64,000 bases of DNA, taken from positions 123,124 through 187,123 of the forward strand of contig JBEBIB010000002.1 in assembly GCA_040080605.1 (NCBI GenBank), given 5' to 3'. Source of the stretch: Burkholderiaceae bacterium. Its GTDB lineage: Bacteria > Pseudomonadota > Gammaproteobacteria > Burkholderiales > Burkholderiaceae_C. Shown here piece by piece: positions 33,364-41,301 of this stretch. Every line of letters starts with the position of its first letter. Position 1 is the stretch's first letter. Both the position numbers and the translations under genes were made by a program. The notes under the pieces are model-generated. The model was not told the origin of the DNA. It worked only from the letters and a program-made list of their open reading frames with translations, and made no database searches.

Positions 33364-33735
33364 TCAGGAAGGTTTGCTCAACGCACGCTGAACCTCGCTC
33401 TGCCACGGCAGCGCATGCACCAACTGGTGCAGGTGAACAGTGACCTGCACGTGGCTCAAGGCTTCGCCATGGGCATCGAGCAGGCGAAGGTTGGTGACCA
33501 TGCCGAACGGGTCGGCCATGGCGACCACGCCCTGCTGCAGTTCGACCCAGTCCCACGCCACGCCGGCCGAGCGGTCTTCGCTCGCGTCGCCCCACAGGGT
33601 CTGGCCGCTGCACGGCCCGGCCTCGTCGCCAAAAGTCAACACGCGCGTGCCGAGGTGGACAAGATGCAGATGCGAGGCCGAGCTCGCCTGCCACAATACA
33701 GGCGGCCACGCGTACACAATCCATGCAGGTGTCAT
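33364..33735 (-). CDS. RsaM-like (DUF4902-type) quorum-sensing modulator candidate
   Basis: SGQTLW...AGVAWDW...MVTNLRLLDAHG resembles the RsaM-family G-Y-T-E-W...GWDW...SN..L.D pattern as recalled; divergent from luxR; start uncertain. Confidence 0.6.
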   Translation of the reverse strand: MTPAWIVYAWPPVLWQASSASHLHLVHLGTRVLTFGDEAGPCSGQTLWGDASEDRSAGVAWDWVELQQGVVAMADPFGMVTNLRLLDAHGEALSHVQVTVHLHQLVHALPWQSEVQRALSKPS

Positions 33736-33822
33736 TCGGGTGGTCAACGTCGTCGCGCCGATGATGTGTCCTCGGTGGGTGAATCGATAAGCGTTAGTGT
33801 GGCAACGGAATTTGCTTTTGCC

Positions 33823-33842
33823 ATCTGTCAACCCTGTCAGGT
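33823..33842 (-). promoter_or_regulatory. lux-box-like element 2 (between RsaM-like gene and luxR)
   Basis: Minus strand ACCTGACAGGGTTGACAGAT; CTG-N10-CAG core; 14/20 identical to element at 34654. Confidence 0.55.
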
Positions 33843-33902
33843 TCGTGTCTTGCAGGTGTGCTGGCATGTGAAGGATTGCGCGTTGGGGTGAGAAGGGGCG
33901 GC

Positions 33903-34616
33903 ATGCTTCAGGGTGGGTTCACGGAAGTGCTGGGGAGTCAAAGCCGGGACGAGTTCCGGGATGAGGTCGTGGGCTTCACGAAGAGGCTCGGCTTCGCGAC
34001 CGTCTCGGCCACCGTCGTCATCGACCACCTGCTCGGCGAGGCCGAGTTCATCACCGTCGACAACACGCCGCAGGCCTACCGCGACGCTTTCCAGAACCGC
34101 GACAACTGGCGCCTCGATCCGGTCATGCAGCACTGCAAGCGCCAGAGCATGCCCATCATCTGGAGCCAGAAGACCTACGTGGCACAGGGCTTGGGCGACA
34201 AGTGGGAAGAGCAGGCCCGCTACGGTTATCGCAACGGCATCGCGCTGGCGCTGCACATGCCCGAAGGCCGGCATTTCTTCCTCGGTGTCGACCGCGACCA
34301 GCCGGTGCCGATGCACGCCGGCGAGCTGACGCGCGTGGTCGCCGACCTGCAGCTCTTCGCCGTGCACGCCCAGGACGCCGCCTTGCGCATCCTTGCGCCC
34401 GGTGGCTCCGAGCCGGGCAACCCGTCGCTCACGCCGCGCGAGCTCGAAACCCTGCGCTGGACGATGGAAGGGCGCACCGCGCGCGAAGTCGGCGAAGTGC
34501 TGGGCATCACCGAGCGTACGGCCGCGCTGCACGTCAACAACGCGACCCACAAGCTGGGCTGCGTCAACAAGCACCAGGCGGTGCTCAAGGCCCTGCGCCT
34601 CGGCTTGATTCGCTGA
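33903..34616 (+). CDS. LuxR-family regulator with autoinducer-binding domain (LuxR solo)
   Basis: N-terminal Autoind_bind pattern (DNTP..Y...F........DPVMQHC....PIIW...G) and C-terminal LTPRELETLRW..EG....EVGEVLGITERTAALHVNNATHKLG. Confidence 0.92.
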   Translation: MLQGGFTEVLGSQSRDEFRDEVVGFTKRLGFATVSATVVIDHLLGEAEFITVDNTPQAYRDAFQNRDNWRLDPVMQHCKRQSMPIIWSQKTYVAQGLGDKWEEQARYGYRNGIALALHMPEGRHFFLGVDRDQPVPMHAGELTRVVADLQLFAVHAQDAALRILAPGGSEPGNPSLTPRELETLRWTMEGRTAREVGEVLGITERTAALHVNNATHKLGCVNKHQAVLKALRLGLIR

Positions 34617-34653
34617 GAATTCCCGGAAAGACCGGGTGTCGCGTCAACCCCCA

Positions 34654-34673
34654 CCCTGTAAGACTTGACAGTT
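34654..34673 (+). promoter_or_regulatory. lux/cep-box-like operator upstream of peptide gene
   Basis: CCCTGTAAGACTTGACAGTT; CTG-N10-CAG core; 13/20 to V. fischeri lux box ACCTGTAGGATCGTACAGGT. Confidence 0.7.
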
Positions 34674-34746
34674 ACGCAAAAGCTCCACTCCTGTTTGAAT
34701 GGCCGCAGTGCACGGATGGCGTGTACCCCACCTTCAGGAGCAGAGC

Positions 34747-34938
34747 ATGCAACAACGTCAAATCACCGCCTCCCAATTCGCCACCCAGTCCGTTGCCGGC
34801 TCGCAGGCATCGACCAAGAGCGCCCCGATCGCACTCGACGCGGCCACGCTGAAGCTGGTCGCCGGTGGCGTGCAGACGGCCGGCCCGAACGGTGGCTGGT
34901 CCAGCGCCGGTGTCGAAGGCCCGAACGGCGGCTGGTAA
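34747..34938 (+). CDS. Double-glycine-leader peptide precursor (63 aa) with repeated GPNGGW core
   Basis: AGGAG RBS 6 nt before ATG; leader end LDAATLKLVAGG (hydrophobic at -12/-7/-4); core VQTAGPNGGWSSAGVEGPNGGW; directly upstream of HlyD and C39 ABC exporter. Confidence 0.85.
   Translation: MQQRQITASQFATQSVAGSQASTKSAPIALDAATLKLVAGGVQTAGPNGGWSSAGVEGPNGGW
34882..34935 (+). repeat. 18-bp direct repeat (17/18 identical, 36-nt period) encoding GPNGGW twice
   Basis: GGCCCGAACGGTGGCTGG (34882-34899) and GGCCCGAACGGCGGCTGG (34918-34935). Confidence 0.95.
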
Positions 34939-34953
34939 GGCAGCCCGGGTTTC

Positions 34954-36213
34954 GTGGCCAGCCTGTTCCGCCCCGAAGCCCTGGAAAACCGCCAGCGCGA
35001 CTGGCTGGGCAGCATTCAGCTGATCCGGCCGATTTCACTTGGCGTATTGACCCTTTTTGTGGTCGCGACCGCCGTGGCCGTCGCTTCCTATTTGGTGCTC
35101 GGCGAATACACCCGCAAGGCCCGTGTCAGCGGCTATCTCGTTCCCGACCAGGGTGTGATCCGCCTGATGTCGCCCCAGGCGGCAACGCTGGTGGAGTCGC
35201 ACGCCGTCGAAGGTGCGTCGGTGCGCCGCGGCGACGTGCTGTTCGTCCTGTCGGTCGGCCAGTCCACGCTCAGCGGCGACACACAGGCCGCCGTCAAATC
35301 GAGCCTGGCGCTGCGCGAGCAGAGCCTGCAAGGGGCGGCTCGCCAGCGCGGTGCGCTCGAGCAGACCCAGCTCGGCGCGCTCGACCGCCAGATCGAAGAC
35401 ATGCGGCGCGAGCTCGGCTCCATGGCCGCCGAGGCCGATCTGCAACGCGAGCGGCTCACGCTGGCCCAGCAAGCCCAGGCGCGGCTGGAATCATTGCGCA
35501 ACGACAACTTCGTGTCGTCGGCGCAGGTGCAGACGAAAGCCGAGGAAGTTCTCGGTCTGAAAGCGCAGATGCAGGCGCTGGAGCGCCAACGCTCGGCACA
35601 CTTGCGCGAAATCACCGCGCTGCAGGCGCAACGCCGCGAGTTGCCGATGCGCGTGCAGGCGCAACAAGGCGAGATCGACCGCGATCTGGCGGCGCTGGCC
35701 CAGCAGGCCGCCGAAAACGAGGCCCGCCAGCGCATCGTGGTGCGCGCGCCGCAAGACGGTGTGCTCACCGGCGTGCTCGCCCAGGTCGGCCAGACTGTCA
35801 CGCCGACGGTTGCGATGGCCAGCTTACTTCCCGCCAACGCACGCCTGCAGGCGCAGCTCTTCGCACCGTCGAGCGCGGTCGGCTTCGTCCGCCCGAACCA
35901 GCCGGTGCAGTTGCGCTACCAGGCTTTCCCGTACCAGAAGTTCGGCCACCAGACCGGTGCGGTGGCGCTGGTGTCGCGTTCACCGCTGCAGGCCACCGAG
36001 CTCGCAGGCTTGCCGATGCAGGCCGCTGCGAACGCGGCGAGCGAACCGCTGTACCGCATCACCGTCACGCTCGACCAGCAAAGCGTGGCTGCGTACGGCC
36101 AGGCCCAGGCGCTGGTGCCCGGCATGCAGCTCGAAGCCGATGTGCTGCTCGACCGGCGCCGCCTGATCGAGTGGCTGTTCGAGCCGGTGCTCGGCATCGC
36201 CGGTCGGGTGTAG
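34954..36213 (+). CDS. HlyD-family membrane fusion protein (CvaA/MchE-like)
   Basis: SLFRPEAL N-terminus, one TM, EYTRKARVSGYLVP, coiled coil, VRAPQDG, YQAFPYQKFG, PGMQLEADV; GTG start. Confidence 0.93.
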   Translation: MASLFRPEALENRQRDWLGSIQLIRPISLGVLTLFVVATAVAVASYLVLGEYTRKARVSGYLVPDQGVIRLMSPQAATLVESHAVEGASVRRGDVLFVLSVGQSTLSGDTQAAVKSSLALREQSLQGAARQRGALEQTQLGALDRQIEDMRRELGSMAAEADLQRERLTLAQQAQARLESLRNDNFVSSAQVQTKAEEVLGLKAQMQALERQRSAHLREITALQAQRRELPMRVQAQQGEIDRDLAALAQQAAENEARQRIVVRAPQDGVLTGVLAQVGQTVTPTVAMASLLPANARLQAQLFAPSSAVGFVRPNQPVQLRYQAFPYQKFGHQTGAVALVSRSPLQATELAGLPMQAAANAASEPLYRITVTLDQQSVAAYGQAQALVPGMQLEADVLLDRRRLIEWLFEPVLGIAGRV

Positions 36214-36217
36214 GCGC

Positions 36218-38365
36218 TTGGCTTCCGTGCTCGACGGTCTGCGCTTGGGTCTGACGGGCCGGCGGCTGCCGATGATCTTGCAGACCGAGGCCGCCGAGTG
36301 CGGCCTGGCCTGCCTGGCGATGGTGGCCTCGCACCACGGCTTTCGCAGTGACCTGCCGACATTGCGCCAGCGCTTTTCGGTCTCGCTCAAAGGCGCGACC
36401 ATGGCCGACCTGGTGCGCCTGGCCGGTCACATGCGGCTGAACGCACGCGCGCTGCGGGCCGAGATGGAGCACCTGCCCGAACTGGCGCTGCCTTGCATCC
36501 TGCACTGGGACCTGAACCACTTCGTCGTGCTGAAGGAAGTCCGCCGCGGCGTCGCCGTGATCCACGACCCGGCGCGCGGCGTGCGCAGCCTGCCGCGGGC
36601 CGAGCTGTCGAAACACTTCACCGGCATCGTGCTCGAGCTGGCGCCGCAGGCCGAGTTCGAACCGCAGACCGCGCGCCAGAACGTCTCGTTGCGCCAGTTG
36701 CTCGGCCGCGTGACCGGCCTGAAGCGCTCGCTGCTGCAGATCTTCACGCTGGCGGTGGCGCTCGAAGCGTTCACGCTGCTGTCGCCGTTTTTCCTGCAGT
36801 GGGTCGTCGACAGCGTGCTGCTCAGCGCCGACCGCGACCTGCTCATCACGCTCGGGGTCGGCTTCGCCTTGCTGGTGCTGATCCAGGTCGGCGCCAGCGC
36901 GATCCGCTCGTGGGCCGTGTTGCACCTGTCGGCCACGCTGAACCTGCAGTGGCTCTCGAACGTGTTCGCGCACCTGATGCGCTTGCCGGTCTCGTGGTTC
37001 GAGAAGCGCCACACCGGCGACGTGATGTCGCGCTTCGGCGCGGTGCAGAAGATCCAGCAGACGCTGACCACGAGTTTCGTCGAGTCGGTGCTAGACGGCG
37101 TGCTCGTCGTCGTCACGCTGGCAATGATGTTCATCTACAGCGGCACGCTGACGGCCATCGCCTGCGCCAGCGTCGCGGCTTATGCGCTGTTGCGCTGGGC
37201 CTTTTTCAGGCCGCTGCGCGAAGCGACCGAAGAGTCGATCATCTTCGAGGCCAAACGCTCCAGCCATTTCCTCGAATCGCTGCGCGGCGTGCAGTCGATC
37301 AAGCTCTTCAACCGCCAGGAAGACCGCCAAGCGCGTTTCATGAACCTCGTGGTCGACGCGATGAACGCCAACATCGCCACGCGCAAGCTCGACCTGATGT
37401 TCAGCGTCTTGCACAAGCTGGTGTTCGGGCTGGAGCGCATCGCGATTGTCTGGGTCGGCGCCTTGCTGGTGATGGACCACATCTTCTCGGTCGGCATGCT
37501 GTTCGCGTTCATCGCCTACAAGGAACAGTTCGCGCAACGTGTGAGTGCGCTGATCGACAAGGTGGTCGAGCTCAAGATGCTCAAGCTGCAGGGCGAGCGT
37601 CTGGCCGACATCGTGCTCACGCCGCCCGAACCGCAGGCCGAGTTGGCGCCGCCGCTTCCGGCAGGGCGCGTGAGCCTGGAACTGCGCAATGTGAGCTTCG
37701 GTTATTCCGAGGCCGAGCCCGAGGTGCTGCGGCACCTGAACCTCGTCATCGAACCGGGCGAGTCGGTGGCCATCGTCGGCCCGTCGGGTTGTGGCAAGAC
37801 GACGCTGCTCAAGCTGATGCTGGGCGTGCACACGCCTCAGACCGGCGAGATTCGCGTCGGTGGCCTGGCCTTGCGCCAGCTCGGCCTGCGTGCCTGGCGC
37901 GACATGATCGGCACCGTGATGCAGGACGACCAGCTCTTCGCCGGCTCGATCGCCGACAACATCAGCTTCTTCGACCCCGAGGCCGACCCGGCGTGGATCA
38001 CGCAGTGCGCGCGCATCGCCGCCGTGGCCGACGAGATCGGCGCGATGCCGATGGGCTTTCACACGCTGATCGGCGACATGGGTGCCAGCATTTCCGGCGG
38101 CCAGAAGCAGCGCATCCTGCTGGCGCGGGCGCTTTACAAAAGGCCGAAGCTGCTGTTCCTCGACGAAGCGACCAGCGCGCTCGACGTCGAGCGGGAACGC
38201 GAAGTGAACCAGGCCATTCGCCAGCTCGACCTCACGCGCATCATCGTCGCGCACCGGCCCGAGACCATCGCGTCGGCAAACCGCGTGATCGTGCTGCAGG
38301 ACGGCAAGATTTCGCAGGACCTGCGCAGCGTGCCCGGCGGCGGGGGCAGCACGCACGCCCGCTGA
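36218..38365 (+). CDS. Peptidase-containing ABC transporter (C39 + TM + ATPase; CvaB/MchF-like)
   Basis: [16 protein letters not shown] (catalytic Cys), [11 protein letters not shown] (His), IHDP (Asp), [25 protein letters not shown]; TTG start. Confidence 0.95.
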   Translation: MASVLDGLRLGLTGRRLPMILQTEAAECGLACLAMVASHHGFRSDLPTLRQRFSVSLKGATMADLVRLAGHMRLNARALRAEMEHLPELALPCILHWDLNHFVVLKEVRRGVAVIHDPARGVRSLPRAELSKHFTGIVLELAPQAEFEPQTARQNVSLRQLLGRVTGLKRSLLQIFTLAVALEAFTLLSPFFLQWVVDSVLLSADRDLLITLGVGFALLVLIQVGASAIRSWAVLHLSATLNLQWLSNVFAHLMRLPVSWFEKRHTGDVMSRFGAVQKIQQTLTTSFVESVLDGVLVVVTLAMMFIYSGTLTAIACASVAAYALLRWAFFRPLREATEESIIFEAKRSSHFLESLRGVQSIKLFNRQEDRQARFMNLVVDAMNANIATRKLDLMFSVLHKLVFGLERIAIVWVGALLVMDHIFSVGMLFAFIAYKEQFAQRVSALIDKVVELKMLKLQGERLADIVLTPPEPQAELAPPLPAGRVSLELRNVSFGYSEAEPEVLRHLNLVIEPGESVAIVGPSGCGKTTLLKLMLGVHTPQTGEIRVGGLALRQLGLRAWRDMIGTVMQDDQLFAGSIADNISFFDPEADPAWITQCARIAAVADEIGAMPMGFHTLIGDMGASISGGQKQRILLARALYKRPKLLFLDEATSALDVEREREVNQAIRQLDLTRIIVAHRPETIASANRVIVLQDGKISQDLRSVPGGGGSTHAR

Positions 38366-38405
38366 AGCACCGGGGCAGGGCGCACGCGGCCCTAAACTCC
38401 CGTGC

Positions 38406-39452
38406 ATGAACATCCTCGGCATCGAATCGTCGTGCGACGAAACCGGCGTGGCGCTGGTGCGTGCCGCCGCGAGCGGCACGCCGACACTGCTGGCCCACGC
38501 GCTGCACAGCCAGATCGACATGCACCAGGCTTATGGCGGCGTGGTGCCCGAATTGGCTTCGCGCGACCACATCCGGCGCGTGCTGCCACTCGCCCGGCAG
38601 GTCATGCAGGAGGCTGGTGCAACGCTGGCCGACATCGATGTCGTGGCCTACACGCGCGGCCCGGGGCTGGCCGGTGCCCTGCTGGTCGGTGCGGGCGTGG
38701 CGTGTTCGCTGGCCGCGGCACTCGGCCGGCCCGTCGTCGGTGTGCACCACCTCGAAGGCCACCTGCTGTCGCCGTTTCTCTCGGCCGACCCACCCGAGTT
38801 CCCGTTCATCGCGCTGCTGGTGTCGGGCGGCCACACGCAGTTGATGCGGGTCGACGACGTGGGCCACTACGAACTGCTCGGTGAGACCATCGACGACGCG
38901 GCCGGCGAGGCCTTCGACAAATCGGCCAAGCTGCTGGGCCTCGGCTACCCGGGCGGGCCGGCGCTGGCGCGCTTGGCTGCATTCGGCGATGCGTCGAGCT
39001 TCACATTGCCACGCCCCTTGCTGCACAGCGGCAACCTCGATTTTTCGTTCGCGGGCCTGAAGACGGCGGTTCGCACGCAGGTGCTCAAGCTCGGAAGCAA
39101 TGTGTGCGAGCAGGACAAGGCGAACCTGGCGGCGGCCACGCAACAAGCCATCGTCGACGTGCTGGTGCGCAAGTCGATCCAGGCGCTGCGCGACACCGGC
39201 CTGAAACGCATCGTCGTCGCAGGCGGTGTCGGGGCGAATGCGCTGCTGCGCGAACAACTGAACCGCGAATGCACGAAGCGCCAGATCAGGGTGCACTACC
39301 CCGAGCTGGCGCTGTGCACCGACAACGGCGCGATGATCGCGCTCGCCGCGGCGATGCGTCTGCAACGCGAGAGCACGGCAGCGTCGAACGACTACGCCTT
39401 CAACGTGCTGCCACGCTGGCCGCTGGCGACTGCGAACGCCGCGGTCAGTTGA
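38406..39452 (+). CDS. tsaD: tRNA N6-threonylcarbamoyladenosine transferase
   Basis: [55 protein letters not shown]. Confidence 0.97.
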   Translation: MNILGIESSCDETGVALVRAAASGTPTLLAHALHSQIDMHQAYGGVVPELASRDHIRRVLPLARQVMQEAGATLADIDVVAYTRGPGLAGALLVGAGVACSLAAALGRPVVGVHHLEGHLLSPFLSADPPEFPFIALLVSGGHTQLMRVDDVGHYELLGETIDDAAGEAFDKSAKLLGLGYPGGPALARLAAFGDASSFTLPRPLLHSGNLDFSFAGLKTAVRTQVLKLGSNVCEQDKANLAAATQQAIVDVLVRKSIQALRDTGLKRIVVAGGVGANALLREQLNRECTKRQIRVHYPELALCTDNGAMIALAAAMRLQRESTAASNDYAFNVLPRWPLATANAAVS

Positions 39453-39924
39453 TGCTCAACTGGGTCGCGCCGGTAGCGACCTTCTTCGCCAGTGTCAGCG
39501 TCAGCACGCCGTTTTCGAACTTCGCTTGCGAGGCCGTCTGGTCGACTTCGGCCGGCAAGCTCACGATGCGCGCGTAACGCGCAGTACTGCGTTCGCGGTA
39601 GAGCGAACGGGAGGCGTCCTTCGGTGTTTCGGCGGCGGCGCCTTCGATCGGCACGGCCTTCGGCAAGTCGACGGTTTCGATGCTGACGCGGCGGCCTTCG
39701 ACCGAGACCTTGATCTGCTCGCGCGTGACGCCGGGCACGTCGAACACGACGTTGTAGGCGATGTCGGTTTCGCTCACGTCGAGCGCCGGCGTGCGCGACT
39801 CGGTGCTGGCGGCGACGCCGCGCACCGGGCGATCGAACGACTCGTCGAACAGGCGGTCGATGACGCGGCTGAACTGCGGCGAGACCGAACGGTGGGCAGA
39901 ACGGGAGAGGGGCAGAACGAACAT
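39445..39924 (-). CDS. Small heat-shock protein (Hsp20/alpha-crystallin)
   Basis: [48 protein letters not shown]; AGGAG RBS. Confidence 0.92.
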   Translation of the reverse strand: MFVLPLSRSAHRSVSPQFSRVIDRLFDESFDRPVRGVAASTESRTPALDVSETDIAYNVVFDVPGVTREQIKVSVEGRRVSIETVDLPKAVPIEGAAAETPKDASRSLYRERSTARYARIVSLPAEVDQTASQAKFENGVLTLTLAKKVATGATQLSIN

Positions 39925-39980
39925 GGCGGGCTCCTACAATCGGGTTTCGCTGCCGCACCGTGCAGCAACCATGCCGCTGA

Positions 39981-40007
39981 ATTTGGAGCGGCATTTTTGT
40001 TTTCAAG
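39981..40007 (-). promoter_or_regulatory. Putative sigma32 promoter of hsp20
   Basis: Minus strand CTTGAA-N13-CTCCAAAT versus consensus CTTGAA-N13/14-CCCCATNT. Confidence 0.55.
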
Positions 40008-40023
40008 GGTCTTGAAATTGCCG

Positions 40024-41292
40024 ATGCTGAAGAGAGTTCTGAGTGGGTTCGGGTTGGTTCTGGCGCTGTGCGGCGGGGCGGCGAACGCCGCTGTGGAACC
40101 GGTACGCGTCGCGATGATCGAGGGACTTTCGGGCAGCTTCGGCAACGCCGGTGAAGCGGTGTACCGCAATCTGCTGCTGGCGGTCGAGCGCATCAACGCA
40201 CGCGGCGGTGTGCGGCTGCCGGGCGGCGAGCGGCTGCTGGAACTGCTCCGCTTCGACAGCAAAGGCAACAACGAAGAAGCGCTGGCCATGCTGCGGTCGG
40301 CGCTCGACCAGAACGTGGCTTTCGTGATGCAGGGCAACAGTTCGTCGGCCGCGGCGGTGTTGATCGACGCACTGAACAAGCACAACGAACGCGAGCCGAA
40401 CCGACGCGCGCTGTTCCTCAACTACTCGGCCGTGGACCCGGTGCTGACGAACGAAAAGTGCAGCTTCTGGCACTTCCGATTCGACGCCCACGCCGACATG
40501 CGCCTGGCCGCGCTGACCGACGTGCTGCGTGACGATGCAAGTGTCAAGAAGGTCTACCTGATCGGCCAGGACTACAGCTTCGGCCAGCAGGTGCTGCGCA
40601 AGGCGCGCGCTGACATCGCCAGGAAGCGCCCTGACATCCAGATCGTCGGCGACGAGCTGCACGCGCTGGGCCGCATCAAGGACTTCCTGCCCTACGCCGC
40701 CAAGATCAAGGACAGCGGTGCGCAGGCGGTGTTGACCGGCAACTGGGGCAACGACCTCACGCTGCTGGTCAAGGCCGCCCGCGAGGCTGGCGTCGACGCG
40801 AGCTTCTACACCTTCTACGGCAACGGGCTGGGTGCGCCGGCTGCCATCGGCGAGGCCGGCGTGGGCCGCGTGCTGGCCGTGGCCGAATGGCACCCGAACG
40901 TCGGCACGCCGGCGTCGGAGCGTTTCTACGCGAGCTTCCGCGAACGGTTCCCGAAACCGCAGGACGACTACGTGCATGCGCGCATGCAGGTGATGGTCGA
41001 GATGCTGGCCGCGGCGATGGAGCAGGCGCGAAGCACCGAGGCGGTGGCGGTCGCCAAGGCGCTCGAAGGCATGAAGCTCGACCGCGGCACGCTCGGCGGT
41101 TTTCACGAAGGTTCGATGCGCGCCGCCGACCACCAATTCATCCAGCCGCTCTACGTGAGCGTGATGGAGCGCGTGGGCTCGCCCGGCGTGGCACACGACA
41201 ATGAAGGCTCCGGGTTCGGGTTCAGGACGCTGCGCCAAATCGACGCGCGCCAGACCGAACAACCCTATTCCTGCAAGATGGAACGCCCCTGA
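40024..41292 (+). CDS. Branched-chain amino acid ABC-type periplasmic binding protein (orphan)
   Basis: Signal peptide, IEGLSGSFGNAG, QGNSSSAA, YLIGQDYSFG, TGNWGNDL, MRAADHQ. Confidence 0.85.
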   Translation: MLKRVLSGFGLVLALCGGAANAAVEPVRVAMIEGLSGSFGNAGEAVYRNLLLAVERINARGGVRLPGGERLLELLRFDSKGNNEEALAMLRSALDQNVAFVMQGNSSSAAAVLIDALNKHNEREPNRRALFLNYSAVDPVLTNEKCSFWHFRFDAHADMRLAALTDVLRDDASVKKVYLIGQDYSFGQQVLRKARADIARKRPDIQIVGDELHALGRIKDFLPYAAKIKDSGAQAVLTGNWGNDLTLLVKAAREAGVDASFYTFYGNGLGAPAAIGEAGVGRVLAVAEWHPNVGTPASERFYASFRERFPKPQDDYVHARMQVMVEMLAAAMEQARSTEAVAVAKALEGMKLDRGTLGGFHEGSMRAADHQFIQPLYVSVMERVGSPGVAHDNEGSGFGFRTLRQIDARQTEQPYSCKMERP

Positions 41293-41301
41293 AGGACACG
41301 C

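Noticed and set aside
34870-34935. Core peptide as substrate of radical-SAM cyclophane, lasso or lanthipeptide enzymes
   Set aside because: No rSAM, lasso cyclase/peptidase, LanM or YcaO gene in the window; the C-terminal Trp lacks the W-x-x motif; modification in trans cannot be excluded but is unsupported
34882-34935. Repeat as a mini-CRISPR
   Set aside because: Only two 18-bp in-frame coding copies; no cas genes
32920-38365. Peptide/LuxR block as a mobile element
   Set aside because: No transposase, integrase or flanking direct repeats seen; accessory status is inferred only from gene content
39925-39980. ROSE thermometer in the hsp20 leader
   Set aside because: A UUGCU occurs but pairs within a separate hairpin rather than opposite the AGGAG SD; cannot be supported without folding
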